Of a stretch of 64,000 nucleotides of DNA, positions 1 through 9,968 are shown one piece after another (within the stretch, counting starts at the first letter, position 1; each line of letters starts with the position of its first letter). Both the position numbers and the translations under genes were made by a program. Below the pieces are notes generated by a model. The model made no database searches. It worked only from the letters and a program-made list of their open reading frames with translations, and was not told the origin of the DNA. Source of the DNA: Planctomycetota bacterium (GTDB lineage Bacteria; Planctomycetota; UBA1135; UBA2386). The stretch lies in contig JAEUHS010000044.1 of assembly GCA_016794035.1 (NCBI GenBank), positions 24,169 through 88,168 on the forward strand, in the 5' to 3' direction.

Positions 1-11
1 TGCGCGGGCGC

Positions 12-938
12 GTGCCGTGCGGCAACGACGTCAACCCGCTGTCGACGATGCTGGTGCGGCCGCGCCTCGCGCCGCCGCCGCTGGCGAAGATCGTCGCCCG
101 CATCGACGAACTCGATCTCGTGTACGACGGCCCGCTCGACGACGACCTGTCGGTGTTCTTCCACCCCGACACGCTGCGCGCGATCCGGGCGCTGCGCGAA
201 CATCTGCTGCGGCGCGACCGCGCGGGCGAGCTCGACGCCGTCGACGACTGGATCCGCATGGTCGCGCTGAACCGGCTGACCGGCCACTCGTCGGGCTTCT
301 TCTCGGTCTACACGCTGCCGCCGAACCAGGCGGTGACCGCGGCTGCGCAACGCAAGATCAACGCGAAGCGCGCCCAGACGCCGCCGTTCCGGGACGTCAA
401 GGCGATCCTGAAGAAGAAGTCCGCGGCGCTGCTGCAGGACGTGTCGCCGCTGTGGGCGCACGACGCGCAGGCGCTGGCGCGCACCGCGGTGCTGACCACC
501 GGGCCGGCATCGGCGATGCCGGCGCTGCGCGACGCGAGCGTGCAACTCGTCGTCACCTCGCCGCCGTTCCTCGACGTCGTGCAGTATGCCGACGACAACT
601 GGCTGCGCTGCTGGTTCGGCGGCATCGATGCGGCGGCCGTGCCGATCACCATGGCGCGCACGGTCGAAGCGTGGCAGGCGGCGATGGGCGAGGTGTTCGT
701 CGAACTGCACCGTGTCGTGCGGCCGGGTGGTTTCGTCGCGTTCGAGGTCGGCGAAGTGCGCCGCGGCAAGGTGCGGCTCGAAGAGGCCGTGGTCCCGGCC
801 GCGCGCGGCGCCGGCTTCGTGCCCGAGCTGGTGATGGTCAACGCGCAGCAGTTCACGAAGACCGCGAACTGCTGGGGCGTCGACAACAACAGCGCCGGCA
901 CCAACACCAACCGCATCGTCGTGCTGCGGCGCGACTAG
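12..938 (+). CDS. SAM-dependent methyltransferase with TSPPF (DPPY-like) motif, probably a DNA N4-C/N6-A methylase; the frame is open to the window edge, so the 5' end may be missing
   Basis: 308-aa ORF. It has VVTSPPF followed by VRPGGFVAFEVG, as in N6_N4-type methylases. GC3 is high. No nuclease partner is visible in the window. Confidence 0.5.
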   Translation: MPCGNDVNPLSTMLVRPRLAPPPLAKIVARIDELDLVYDGPLDDDLSVFFHPDTLRAIRALREHLLRRDRAGELDAVDDWIRMVALNRLTGHSSGFFSVYTLPPNQAVTAAAQRKINAKRAQTPPFRDVKAILKKKSAALLQDVSPLWAHDAQALARTAVLTTGPASAMPALRDASVQLVVTSPPFLDVVQYADDNWLRCWFGGIDAAAVPITMARTVEAWQAAMGEVFVELHRVVRPGGFVAFEVGEVRRGKVRLEEAVVPAARGAGFVPELVMVNAQQFTKTANCWGVDNNSAGTNTNRIVVLRRD

Positions 939-2443
939 CCGGCCGCCTGGTCGCGCAGTGCCTGCTTGGTGATCTTGCCCGAGCCGGTGCGCGGCAGGGC
1001 CGCCAGGAAACGCACCGCCTTCGGCGCCTTGTAGTGGGCGATGCGGTCGCGGCAGTGCGCGATCAGCTCGGCGGCGGTCGCCGTCGCGCCGGCGCGCAGC
1101 ACGACCGCGGCGGTGACGCGTTCGCCCCAGACGGCGTCGGGCATGCCGAAGACCGCGCACTCGAGCACCGCCGGATGCGTGTACAGCACGTGTTCGACCT
1201 CGACCGAATACACCGACTCGCCGCCGGTCTTGATGACGTCCTTCTTGCGATCGACGATGTCGACGTAGCCGTGCGCGTCGATCGTCGCCAGGTCGCCGGT
1301 GCACAGGAACCCGTCGGCGTCGAACGCGGCGGCGGTGGCCGCCGGGTTCTGCCAGTAGCCCGGCGTCACGGTCGCGCCGCGCACGCGGATCTCGCCGACC
1401 GCCCGGCCGTCCGCGGCGACGGGCGCGCCGCGGTCGTCGACGACGCGCAGTTCGATGCCGCGGAACGCGCGCCCGGTCTTGCACTTCCAGCGCAGCTGCT
1501 GGTCCGGCGGCAGGCGTTGCAGCTCCGGCGACAGCAGGCTGAGCGTCAGATACGGACTGGTCTCGGTCATGCCGTAGGTCTGCACGTAGTCGCAGCCGAA
1601 CACGTCGAGGATGCGGCGCACGACCTCGGGCGCGATCGGTGCGCCGCCGCTCAGCATCGTGCGCAGCGCGTAGCGGCGGCCGGCGGCGTCGGGCTCGGCG
1701 ACCATCAGATTCAGCATCGTCGGCACCAGGTTGGTGATCGTGACGCGCTCGTGCACGAGCAGGTCGAGCGCCGCGCGCGCCGAGAACTGCGGCAGGAACA
1801 CGTGCGCGCCGCCGACCGCGGTGATCGCGAACGTCGCCCAGGCGTCGGCCAGGTGGAACATCGGCGCGATGTGCGCCCAGGTGTCGCCGTCGTCGAGGCC
1901 GAGTTCGTGCACGGCGGCGAGCGCGTGGGTGCAGACGTTGCGATGTGTCAGCACGACGCCCTTGGGAGCGCCGGTGGTGCCGCTGGTGTAGTAGAGCTGC
2001 GCCGGCTCGTCGGCGGTGGCGAGCGTCGGTTCGAAGGCGGGGGATGAGGGTGCGCTCACCGCATCGACGGCGAACGTGCCACCTCGCAACGCCACCCGCA
2101 GCGCCGCGGCTCGTTGCGCGTGCGCCGCATCGTGCAGCAGCAGCGCGCCGTCGCTGTGCGCCAGGATCGCGCGGTGTTCGCCTGCGGCCAGCCGCGTGTT
2201 CAGCGACACGAACACCGCGCCCGTGGCCGCCGCCGCGAAGTAGGCCAGCAGGTGGTCGATGCCGTTGTCCATCAGGCACGCGACGCGGTCGCCGGGTCGC
2301 ACACCGCGGTCGCGCATGCCTGCGGCGAGCGCTGCGGCAGCCGCCGCTGCCGCGGCGTAGTCGAGCCGGCGGTCGCCCTGGCGCAGCGCCGGTCGCAGCG
2401 GCGCGCGGGCCGCTGCGGTCGCGAGGAAGTCCCAGACGTTCAC
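935..2443 (-). CDS. AMP-dependent acyl-CoA synthetase/ligase
   Basis: AMP-binding signature LYYTSGTTGAPKGVVLTH. C-terminal TGDLATIDAHGYVDIVDRKKDVIKTGGE and GKITK. Start set at GTG 2443 (VNVWDFL), because the upstream 262 codons of the 764-aa ORF are an Arg-rich shadow of the opposite-strand gene. Confidence 0.85.
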   Translation of the reverse strand: MNVWDFLATAAARAPLRPALRQGDRRLDYAAAAAAAAALAAGMRDRGVRPGDRVACLMDNGIDHLLAYFAAAATGAVFVSLNTRLAAGEHRAILAHSDGALLLHDAAHAQRAAALRVALRGGTFAVDAVSAPSSPAFEPTLATADEPAQLYYTSGTTGAPKGVVLTHRNVCTHALAAVHELGLDDGDTWAHIAPMFHLADAWATFAITAVGGAHVFLPQFSARAALDLLVHERVTITNLVPTMLNLMVAEPDAAGRRYALRTMLSGGAPIAPEVVRRILDVFGCDYVQTYGMTETSPYLTLSLLSPELQRLPPDQQLRWKCKTGRAFRGIELRVVDDRGAPVAADGRAVGEIRVRGATVTPGYWQNPAATAAAFDADGFLCTGDLATIDAHGYVDIVDRKKDVIKTGGESVYSVEVEHVLYTHPAVLECAVFGMPDAVWGERVTAAVVLRAGATATAAELIAHCRDRIAHYKAPKAVRFLAALPRTGSGKITKQALRDQAAG

Positions 2444-2521
2444 ACGCGGAGGTGTAGCGCGCGGGCCCGATGCTGTCGCCTCGTCGCCGCAGCGTTGTGC
2501 CGACCCGCGCGTCCCGCTCCA

Positions 2522-3280
2522 ATGCGCCGCTCGATGACGGAGCCAGCGAGCCAGCCCCCGATCGCCGCCGCCGCCGACGCACCGGCGGCGGCGGCCGCGG
2601 CGCATCCGCCGTTGTCGGTCCTCTACCAGGACGAGACCGTGATCGCCGTCAGCAAGCCGAGCGGGCTGCTCGTGCACCGCGACGACCACCACCGCGAGGC
2701 GGCGGCCGCGCTGCAGGTCGTGCGCGACCAGACCGGCAGGTTCCTGTATCCGTTCCACCGGCTCGACCGCGCCACGTCGGGCATCCTGCTGTTCGCGTTC
2801 TCGTCGAAGGCCGCGGCCGCATGGCAGGAGGCGCTGGCCGCCGCCGACGCCCACAAGGACTACGTGGCGCTGGTGCGCTGGCCGGGCAGCCTCGCCGGTC
2901 TCGGCGACGCCTGGACCTGCGAGCAGCCGCTCGGCGACGAGAAGGACATCCCGCGCGCGGCGCGCAGCGACTTCGCGTTGCAGGAGCGTTTCCGCCATTG
3001 CGCGCTCGTCGGCTGCCGGATCTTCACCGGCCGCTATCACCAGATCCGACGCCACGCCAACCACAGCGGCCGCCACATCCTGGGCGACACGACGCACGGC
3101 AAGGGTAGGATCAACACGCTGTATCGTGAGCGCTACTCGTTGCACCGGTTGTTCCTGCATCTGCACCGCATCCGGCTGCGCCACCCGGACACGGGAGTGC
3201 CGATGGAGCTGAGCGATCCGGTGCCCCACGAGCTGACCGCGGTCCTCGATCGGCTGCGCGCCGAGGCAGCCTGCGCGTGA
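2522..3280 (+). CDS. Pseudouridine synthase, RluA/TruC family
   Basis: Catalytic motif HRLDRATSG, plus GRYHQIRRH and GDTTHGKG. ATG at 2522 (an alternative ATG is at 2534). Confidence 0.85.
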   Translation: MRRSMTEPASQPPIAAAADAPAAAAAAHPPLSVLYQDETVIAVSKPSGLLVHRDDHHREAAAALQVVRDQTGRFLYPFHRLDRATSGILLFAFSSKAAAAWQEALAAADAHKDYVALVRWPGSLAGLGDAWTCEQPLGDEKDIPRAARSDFALQERFRHCALVGCRIFTGRYHQIRRHANHSGRHILGDTTHGKGRINTLYRERYSLHRLFLHLHRIRLRHPDTGVPMELSDPVPHELTAVLDRLRAEAACA

Positions 3281-4062
3281 CCACGATCGCCCTGCTGACC
3301 CTGGTGAACGACCGCGCGCAGTTCGCCGCCTGCCAGGCGTCGTTGCGACCGGACGCGCAGCCGTTCCCGGAATGGCTCGCCGTCGAGCCCAACAAGAACG
3401 GCTGGAACGCCGCGCAGGGGCTCAACCACGGCCTCGATCGGCTGGCCGCGGACTGGGTCGTCTGCGTGCATCAGGACGTGCTGTTCCCGCGCGGTTTCTG
3501 GGCGCGCCTCGGTGCCGCGCTCGCGCGGCTCGATCCCGATGTCGCGCTGGCGGGCATCGTCGGCTGCGAGCGTTCGGGCCGCTACCGCGGTCACATCGTC
3601 GACCCGAACGGGCATTGCTACTGGCCGACGCTGCCGCACGACGTGCTGACGCTCGACGAGGTGCTGATCGCGGTGCGCACGTCCAGCGGACTGCGCTTCA
3701 GCGACGACGTGCCCGGGTTCCACTGCTACGGCGCCGACCTGTGTCTCGAGGCCGGCGCGCGCGGCCTGCGCGTCGTCGCCATCGACGCGCCGCTGGTGCA
3801 TCTGTCGACCGGCAAGGTCGATGCCAGCTACGAGCGAGCGGCCGACTGGCTGCTGGCCAAGTGGGGCGAACGCCAGGGTCACGTCCTGCCGATGCCGGCG
3901 GTGCTGGTGAAGGACGACCGCCGCGCCGGCTGGTGGCGCCGGTTCTGGTTGCGACTGCGCCAGGCGCGCGATCGACGTACGCGCAATCTCAGCGCCTGCC
4001 CTGACGCGGCCTGCGCGGCGCGGGCGCTCGGTCTCGCCACGACGGCGAAGGAGCCGTCGTGA
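3277..4062 (+). CDS. Glycosyltransferase-like protein (weak GT2-like resemblance)
   Basis: GTGA start/stop overlap with the upstream gene. GC3 is high. The fold assignment is by eye only. Confidence 0.4.
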   Translation: MTTIALLTLVNDRAQFAACQASLRPDAQPFPEWLAVEPNKNGWNAAQGLNHGLDRLAADWVVCVHQDVLFPRGFWARLGAALARLDPDVALAGIVGCERSGRYRGHIVDPNGHCYWPTLPHDVLTLDEVLIAVRTSSGLRFSDDVPGFHCYGADLCLEAGARGLRVVAIDAPLVHLSTGKVDASYERAADWLLAKWGERQGHVLPMPAVLVKDDRRAGWWRRFWLRLRQARDRRTRNLSACPDAACAARALGLATTAKEPS

Positions 4063-5447
4063 CCCGCGTCCTCGTCGTCGCCTACTTCTTCCCGCCGAAG
4101 GGCGGCGCCGGCACGCAGCGGTTCGCGAAGTTCTGCAAGTACCTCCCCGAGCACGGCATCGATCCCGTGGTGCTCGCCGCCGGCGAGGACCTGCGCAACC
4201 GCAGCGCGCCGAACGACGACCCGACGCTGGTGGCCGAGACGTCGGTCCAGGTCGAGCGGGTGCCCGAGCCCAGCCATTCGCCGTTCTGGTTCGCACTGCG
4301 ACGCAAGCTGCGGTTCCACCTCGACGAGGACGTGTGGGCGCACGTCGCCGGCGAGCGCGCGCTGGCGATGGCGCGCGACCAGGGCGTGCAGGCGGTGATC
4401 ACCACGCTGTCACCCTATGCCTGCTATCGCATCGGCGAACGGTTGCGGGCGCAACTCGGCGTGCCGTGGATCGTCGATCTGCGCGACCCCTGGGCGCTCG
4501 ATGGCTGGCGCCGCTATCGCAGCGGTCTGCACGCGCGCTGGGACCTCGGCCACATGCGGCGCGCGTTGACTCGCGCCGACTTCGTGATCGCCAACGTGCC
4601 CGAGGCGGCGCGCGCGTTCGTCGAACTCGGCGCCGACCCGGCGCGCACGGTCGTGATTCCCAACGGCTATGACGAGCAGGATTTCGTCGGCGTCACGCCG
4701 CAGCCGCGCGCGGACAGCCGCTTCCGCCTGGTGCACATGGGCACGCTGCACGACGTGGACGTGCCGGCGGGCCTGACCACGAACGGCCTCACGGTGCGGC
4801 GTCATCGCCAGATCGCTCCGCTCGGGCGCACCGGCCACTACCTGCTGCATGCGTTGGCGCGGCTGCGCACGCGGGTGCCGGATCTTCGCGATCGGCTGGT
4901 CGTCGGGTTGTACGGCAATGTCGATGCGTCGCATCAGCGTCTGGCGGCGCAACTCGGCGTCGCCGACCTGATCGAGCAACACGGCTACGTGACGCACCGT
5001 GCCTCGACCGCGGCCCTGCTGGGGGCCGACGCGGTGTTCGTGCCGTTGCACGGTGTCGCCGCCGACGAGCGTGCGCTCGTCGTGCCGGGCAAGCTCTACG
5101 AGGCGTTGGCGAGCGAGCGTCCCGTGCTCGCCGCGTTGCCGCCGGGCGACGGCTTCGATCTGGTGCAGCACCTGCAGGCCGGGCGCGTGGTGCCGCCGAC
5201 CGACACCGACGCGCTGGCCGCCGCCCTGCTCGAACTGCTCGAGCTGCATTGGCGGGGCGCGCCGTGGCGAGGGTGCGCGCGCGAGCGGCTGCGCGTGTTC
5301 ACGCGGCGGCACCTGACGGGATTGTTGGCCCGGGTCGTCGACGCGGCGGTCGCTGGTGCGCTGGCGATCACCCTCGAGGATCCCTGGCAGTCGCTCGGTG
5401 TCGGCGGGGTCGCGGCCGTCGCCGCCCCGCCCGACGGGGAGGTTTGA
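4059..5447 (+). CDS. Glycosyltransferase, GT-B/GT4-like
   Basis: GTGA overlap with the upstream gene and an AAGGAG RBS. The N-terminus VLVVAYFFPPKGGAGTQR is typical of GT4 N-domains. Confidence 0.6.
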   Translation: MTRVLVVAYFFPPKGGAGTQRFAKFCKYLPEHGIDPVVLAAGEDLRNRSAPNDDPTLVAETSVQVERVPEPSHSPFWFALRRKLRFHLDEDVWAHVAGERALAMARDQGVQAVITTLSPYACYRIGERLRAQLGVPWIVDLRDPWALDGWRRYRSGLHARWDLGHMRRALTRADFVIANVPEAARAFVELGADPARTVVIPNGYDEQDFVGVTPQPRADSRFRLVHMGTLHDVDVPAGLTTNGLTVRRHRQIAPLGRTGHYLLHALARLRTRVPDLRDRLVVGLYGNVDASHQRLAAQLGVADLIEQHGYVTHRASTAALLGADAVFVPLHGVAADERALVVPGKLYEALASERPVLAALPPGDGFDLVQHLQAGRVVPPTDTDALAAALLELLELHWRGAPWRGCARERLRVFTRRHLTGLLARVVDAAVAGALAITLEDPWQSLGVGGVAAVAAPPDGEV

Positions 5448-5741
5448 TCGGCGGCGACTCACCGACGGGCGGGGCCGGCCACCAGCGGCGTCGAATGGGC
5501 GTTCGTGGCGCCGGAAACCGCTTGACTGTATCTGCGCACGCATCAAGATGCGGCGGCGCAGACGCAGGTCGTCCGGTGTTATCGGATGCCGTCGCGCGGT
5601 CCCGCGTCCCCACTGGAACGACACAAGCATTTGGAATCCAACGAGCTACAGAAAGCCGTCCACCCGGGCCGGCGTTCCTCTCGAGCGAAAAGACCGTCCA
5701 CCAGTTCCAGTGGCTCCGCGGCGCCGTCCCCGGACTTCGGC

Positions 5742-7874
5742 ATGAACCAGAAGAAAAAGTACGCCCTCGCCGGCGGTGGCTATTGCCTCTACGCGCCTCG
5801 CTTCCCGCGCTTCCTCGCCGAGCCCGGGTTTGCCGACGAGGCGAACATTGCCAATGCCGTCGTGCCGTCGGTGTTCTTCCTGTCGTTCGTCGAAGGCAAG
5901 CGACCGCTGCTGCTGCAGTGTCGCAGTATCGCCGAAGACCGCGGGCGTCTGACGCTGACATACGAGGAGGCCGGCGGGCTCAAGGTCGTCGAGAGTCGGT
6001 TCGTCACCCAGGACGACCGTTTCGTCTCCGAACTGGAGATCGCCAATGGCGGCAAGACCGACCGCGACGTCACGGTCGTGCTCTGGACGACCACCGACCC
6101 CGAAGGCGAGCCGGTGTCGCTCGAGGGCGACAGCTTCCGCATCCGTCGCGCACTGAAGTTCGGCGACACCGCCGAGGTGCCGGCCGACATCCACTATTCG
6201 AGCCCGGACAGCAAGGGCGCGCGGTGTCTGCAGGGCGCCTTCGCCGAGGGCGGCAGCGATCGGCCGGACTTCGAGGAGACGCCGTGGTTCGACGTCGAGG
6301 GCATGCCGACGCCGCGGGCGAAGCGCCCGATGGAGAAGCCGAGTCCGATCGTGACGGGCTCGCGCGTCTACTGCGGCCTGTTCCGGCCCGTCGCCCTGAA
6401 GGTCGGCGCCAAGGCCGCGCATCGCTTCGAGGCGAACGTCGTGTTCAAGGGCAAGGGCGTCAACTTCCGCGCGCGTCGGCCGGACGCCAAGGACGAGAAC
6501 GGCTGGCAGGCGTTCTGGGACAAGGTGCCGCGCTTCCAGTGCGACAACAAGGAGCTCGAGCGTGTGGTCCGCCACCGGTTCGAGTTGCTGTATCTGCTGC
6601 GGCAGCCGCACGGCGCCGGTCTGTTCTCGTCGGCCACCGTCTGTGAGGGCAATGGACCGTTCCATCAGCCGTCGAGCTTCACCGCGCCGGCGATCATGCG
6701 GGAGGCGCGCTGGCTGCAGGATGCGACGCTGGCGCGCGGCTGCCTGAAGGCGTTCTTCGACAACATCCACCACAACGGCCAGGTGCCGGGGCGCCTGTTC
6801 ATGAGCGCCACCAATGCCGCCGACTTCTATCACGGCGACTGGGGCGGTGGCTTCGAGGCGCTCGACGCGATGCATCCCGACAAGGCGACCAAGAAGGCCG
6901 TGCTGATGTCGATGCAACGCTACGTGAAGTGGCTCGCCAACAATCGTGACCCCGAGGGCAGCGGCCTCACCGACATCGTCAATCACTTCGAGGCCGGACA
7001 GGAGTTCTCGCGCCGCTACATGGTGATCGACGGCAAGGCCGACCGCGCGATCGAGTTCACCGAGCAGTTCCGCCTCAAGGGCATCGACGCCTCCGTGTTC
7101 CGCTACCGCATGGTGAAGTGGCTGCACAAGGTCGCCGAGGAGATCCAGGAGAAGGCGATGGCCAACCGCTTCGCCGCCGAGGCGGAGGTCATCCTCGACA
7201 CGATCCGCAAGAAGATGTGGGACGAGAAGGCCGGGCTGTTCATGGACCTCGATCCGGACAACCGCCGCAAGACCAACGTCAAGGCGGCGGTCGGCTTCTA
7301 TCCGCTGGCGACCGACATCCCGAACCAGAAGCAGGTCGACCGCATGCTCGACACGCTCTCGGACCGCAACGAGTTCTGGGCGAAGTATCCGGTGCCGAGC
7401 ATCGCGATGAGCGATTCGACCTACGACGCCGCAGGCCGCTGGAAGGGCACGCGCAAGGGCTGTCCCTGGAACGGTCGCGTCTGGCCGGTCGTCAACTCGC
7501 ACATCCTCGAGGGCCTGACGCACTGGGCCGAGCGCGGCAACAAGCGCGCGCAGAAGCTCGCCAACGAACTGCTGAAGAAGACCGTGTCGATGCTCAGCGG
7601 TGCCACCGAGGGCGGCGACAGCGCCAACTCGTTCGAACACTATCACCCGGAGACGGGCATCGGCTCGCGCTATCGCGGCATCGATCAGTACTGCAACGCG
7701 TTCGTGCTCGACAACATCTTCCGCATCGCCTGCGGCTTCGCGATCCGCTATGGCGAGGCGCAGGACGACCCGATCGGCGATGCGATCGACTTCAAGTTGC
7801 AGGGCATGCCGCTCGGCAACAAGGTCTTCGACGTCGAGCGCAAGAACGGTCGCCTGCGCGTGCAGCCGGCGTAG
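5742..7874 (+). CDS. (alpha/alpha)6-barrel glycoside hydrolase, GH63/trehalase/MGH1-like
   Basis: 710 aa from ATG 5742 (MNQKKKY). C-terminal blocks WDEKAGLFMDLD, FYPLATDI, EFWAKYPVPS and CPWNGRVWPVVNSHILEGL resemble GH63-like hydrolases. Confidence 0.6.
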   Translation: MNQKKKYALAGGGYCLYAPRFPRFLAEPGFADEANIANAVVPSVFFLSFVEGKRPLLLQCRSIAEDRGRLTLTYEEAGGLKVVESRFVTQDDRFVSELEIANGGKTDRDVTVVLWTTTDPEGEPVSLEGDSFRIRRALKFGDTAEVPADIHYSSPDSKGARCLQGAFAEGGSDRPDFEETPWFDVEGMPTPRAKRPMEKPSPIVTGSRVYCGLFRPVALKVGAKAAHRFEANVVFKGKGVNFRARRPDAKDENGWQAFWDKVPRFQCDNKELERVVRHRFELLYLLRQPHGAGLFSSATVCEGNGPFHQPSSFTAPAIMREARWLQDATLARGCLKAFFDNIHHNGQVPGRLFMSATNAADFYHGDWGGGFEALDAMHPDKATKKAVLMSMQRYVKWLANNRDPEGSGLTDIVNHFEAGQEFSRRYMVIDGKADRAIEFTEQFRLKGIDASVFRYRMVKWLHKVAEEIQEKAMANRFAAEAEVILDTIRKKMWDEKAGLFMDLDPDNRRKTNVKAAVGFYPLATDIPNQKQVDRMLDTLSDRNEFWAKYPVPSIAMSDSTYDAAGRWKGTRKGCPWNGRVWPVVNSHILEGLTHWAERGNKRAQKLANELLKKTVSMLSGATEGGDSANSFEHYHPETGIGSRYRGIDQYCNAFVLDNIFRIACGFAIRYGEAQDDPIGDAIDFKLQGMPLGNKVFDVERKNGRLRVQPA

Positions 7875-7902
7875 CCGTGAACGGCGGGGGCATGGTCACG
7901 CC

Positions 7903-8835
7903 GTGACGACCCTCGCCGACGTCCGCGCCGCCGCCGCGCGCATCCGCGACCACGTGCATCGCACGCCGGTGCTGACGTCGAGCACGCTCGACGGCGAGCT
8001 GGGCGCACAGGTGTTCGCGAAGTGCGAGAACCTGCAGAAGGTCGGCGCCTTCAAGGCGCGCGGCGCGTGCAACGCGGTGTTCTCGCTCGACGACGCCATG
8101 GCCGCGCGCGGCGTCATCACCCACAGCAGCGGCAACCACGCCGCGGCGCTGGCCTACGCGGCGCGCGCGCGCGGCATCGCCTGCGCGGTCGTGATGCCGG
8201 AGACCGCGCCGGCGGTGAAGGTGGCGGCCGTACGCGGCTACGGCGCCGAGATCCGCTTCTGCAAGCCGGCCGAACGAGAGGCGACCTGCACCGCCTGGCA
8301 ACGGGAGCGCGGCGCCCGGCTCGTGCATCCGTTCGAGGACTCCGACGTGATCGCCGGCCAGGGCACGGCGGCGCTGGAGCTGCTGGAGCAGGTGCCGGAC
8401 CTCGACCTCGTCGTCGTGCCGGTCGGCGGCGGCGGCCTGTGCGCCGGCACCGCGGTGGTCGTGTCGTCGCTGCGGCCCCAGGCGCGCGTGATCGCGGCCG
8501 AGCCGCTGGCCGTCGACGATGCGGCCCGTTCGCTCGCCACCGGCCGGCGCCAGCCGCGCGTCGAGGGAGCGACGACCTGGGCCGATGGCCTGTTGACCGG
8601 GCTCGGCGAACCCAACTTCCGGTTGCTGATCGACCACGGCGTGCGCGTCGTCACGGTCGACGAGCCCGCGATCGTCGCCGCCGCGACGTTCTTCCTGCAG
8701 CGCATGAAGCTCGTCGTCGAGCCGAGCGCGGCGACGGTGCTGGCAGCGCTGCGCGGCATCGCGCCGGAACTGCGCGGCGCCCGCATCGGCATCGTGCTCA
8801 GCGGCGGCAACACCGACTTCGGCTGGCTGCGTTGA
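7903..8835 (+). CDS. Fold-type II PLP enzyme, threonine/serine dehydratase or serine racemase-like
   Basis: PLP-lysine motif KVGAFKARGA, plus HSSGNHAAALA and the GGGGL glycine loop. GTG start at 7903. Confidence 0.8.
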   Translation: MTTLADVRAAAARIRDHVHRTPVLTSSTLDGELGAQVFAKCENLQKVGAFKARGACNAVFSLDDAMAARGVITHSSGNHAAALAYAARARGIACAVVMPETAPAVKVAAVRGYGAEIRFCKPAEREATCTAWQRERGARLVHPFEDSDVIAGQGTAALELLEQVPDLDLVVVPVGGGGLCAGTAVVVSSLRPQARVIAAEPLAVDDAARSLATGRRQPRVEGATTWADGLLTGLGEPNFRLLIDHGVRVVTVDEPAIVAAATFFLQRMKLVVEPSAATVLAALRGIAPELRGARIGIVLSGGNTDFGWLR

Positions 8836-9357
8836 TCAGGAACGCGGGCCGGCCGGCAGGCCGGCGAGCGGCCGCAGCACGTCCAACGTGCTGACGATGC
8901 CGACGAGGCGGCCGCGGTCGACGACCAGCAGCCGGTGTATCTCCCGCTGCACCATCGTGCGTGCGACTTCGACCAGGCTCGTGTCCGGCCCGACGCTGGC
9001 CACGTCGGTCGTCATGACATCGCCGGCGCACATCACGCCACCCTGGGACCGTCGGTATGCCACGGGTTCGGTGTCGTCCGGATCCAGCACGGTGTCCTGG
9101 AAGCCGAGGTCCTCGGGCACCTCGGCGTCTTCGGCGTGGCTTCGCACCAGGTCCTTCGCCGACAGCACGCCCAGCATCTGGCCGTCGTCGTCGAGCACCG
9201 GCACGCCGCTGACGCGCGCGTCGGCGAGCACGCGTTCGACTTCCGTGAGCGGGTCGCTGGCGCGTACGCACACGAGATCGTGCTGCATCACATCGCGGGC
9301 CCGCAGGTCGGCCAGGTCGGGCCGCGGCGCGGCGGGAGCCTTGTTCTTGGGTTTCAT
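8836..9357 (-). CDS. CBS-domain pair protein
   Basis: Two CBS-like repeats (VMQHDLVCV...VSGVPVLDD and VMTTDVASV...IHRLLVVD). Start at ATG 9357 (MKPKNK). Confidence 0.75.
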   Translation of the reverse strand: MKPKNKAPAAPRPDLADLRARDVMQHDLVCVRASDPLTEVERVLADARVSGVPVLDDDGQMLGVLSAKDLVRSHAEDAEVPEDLGFQDTVLDPDDTEPVAYRRSQGGVMCAGDVMTTDVASVGPDTSLVEVARTMVQREIHRLLVVDRGRLVGIVSTLDVLRPLAGLPAGPRS

Positions 9358-9533
9358 CGCGTCACCTCGTCTGTCCATCGAACCACTTCGCGCGCGCCGG
9401 TGTTTCACCGGAACCTCCAGGTGGCCGAAGAGCGGATGGCCGGTTCGCCCGTTGGAGACGATGCTCTACGCTCTGGGAGTGAACGGGCGACGCCGCGCCG
9501 GCGCCGCCTCGGCCAACGAACAGGAGCTCAGCA

Positions 9534-9968
9534 ATGCCTGGCATCGTACTGACGACGGATCTCTCCGACGAATCCAAGCGGGCGTTCGCACCCGTGCGGT
9601 CGCTGGCGAAGAAGCTCGGCCTGCAGGTGACGCTGGTCGCCGTGCTCGAGGACCTGCCGTTCGAGCCCACGGGCGGCGGCCTGATGGCGACCTATCCCGA
9701 TCGGTCGCAGGTCAAGAAGGACTGGGAGAAGTCGCTCGCGGCGCTCGCCGACGAGTTCGGTCGCGACGTCTGCAAGGAGACCGTCGTGCTCGACGGCGCC
9801 GATGTCTCGCGCGCGATCGTCGACCACGCGGCCGCGATCAAGGCCGACTACCTGGCGATGGCCACGCACGGCCGCACCGGCCTGCGCCGCATGCTGCTCG
9901 GTTCGGTCGCCGAGATGGTCCTGCGGCACGCCCACGTGCCGGTCGTGCTCTACCCGCCGCCGGCCTGA
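9534..9968 (+). CDS. Universal stress protein (UspA family)
   Basis: 144 aa. C-terminal ADYLAMATHGRTGLRRMLLGSVAEMVLRHAHVPVVL is a typical Usp ATP-binding region. Confidence 0.85.
   Translation: MPGIVLTTDLSDESKRAFAPVRSLAKKLGLQVTLVAVLEDLPFEPTGGGLMATYPDRSQVKKDWEKSLAALADEFGRDVCKETVVLDGADVSRAIVDHAAAIKADYLAMATHGRTGLRRMLLGSVAEMVLRHAHVPVVLYPPPA

Noticed and set aside
17-2047. 676-aa ORF on the plus strand, one of the longest in the track
   Set aside because: It has an Arg/Ala/Gly-rich low-complexity translation and no motifs. It lies out of frame over the methyltransferase and antisense to the acyl-CoA synthetase, which does have clear AMP-binding motifs. This is a typical shadow ORF of a 70% GC genome.
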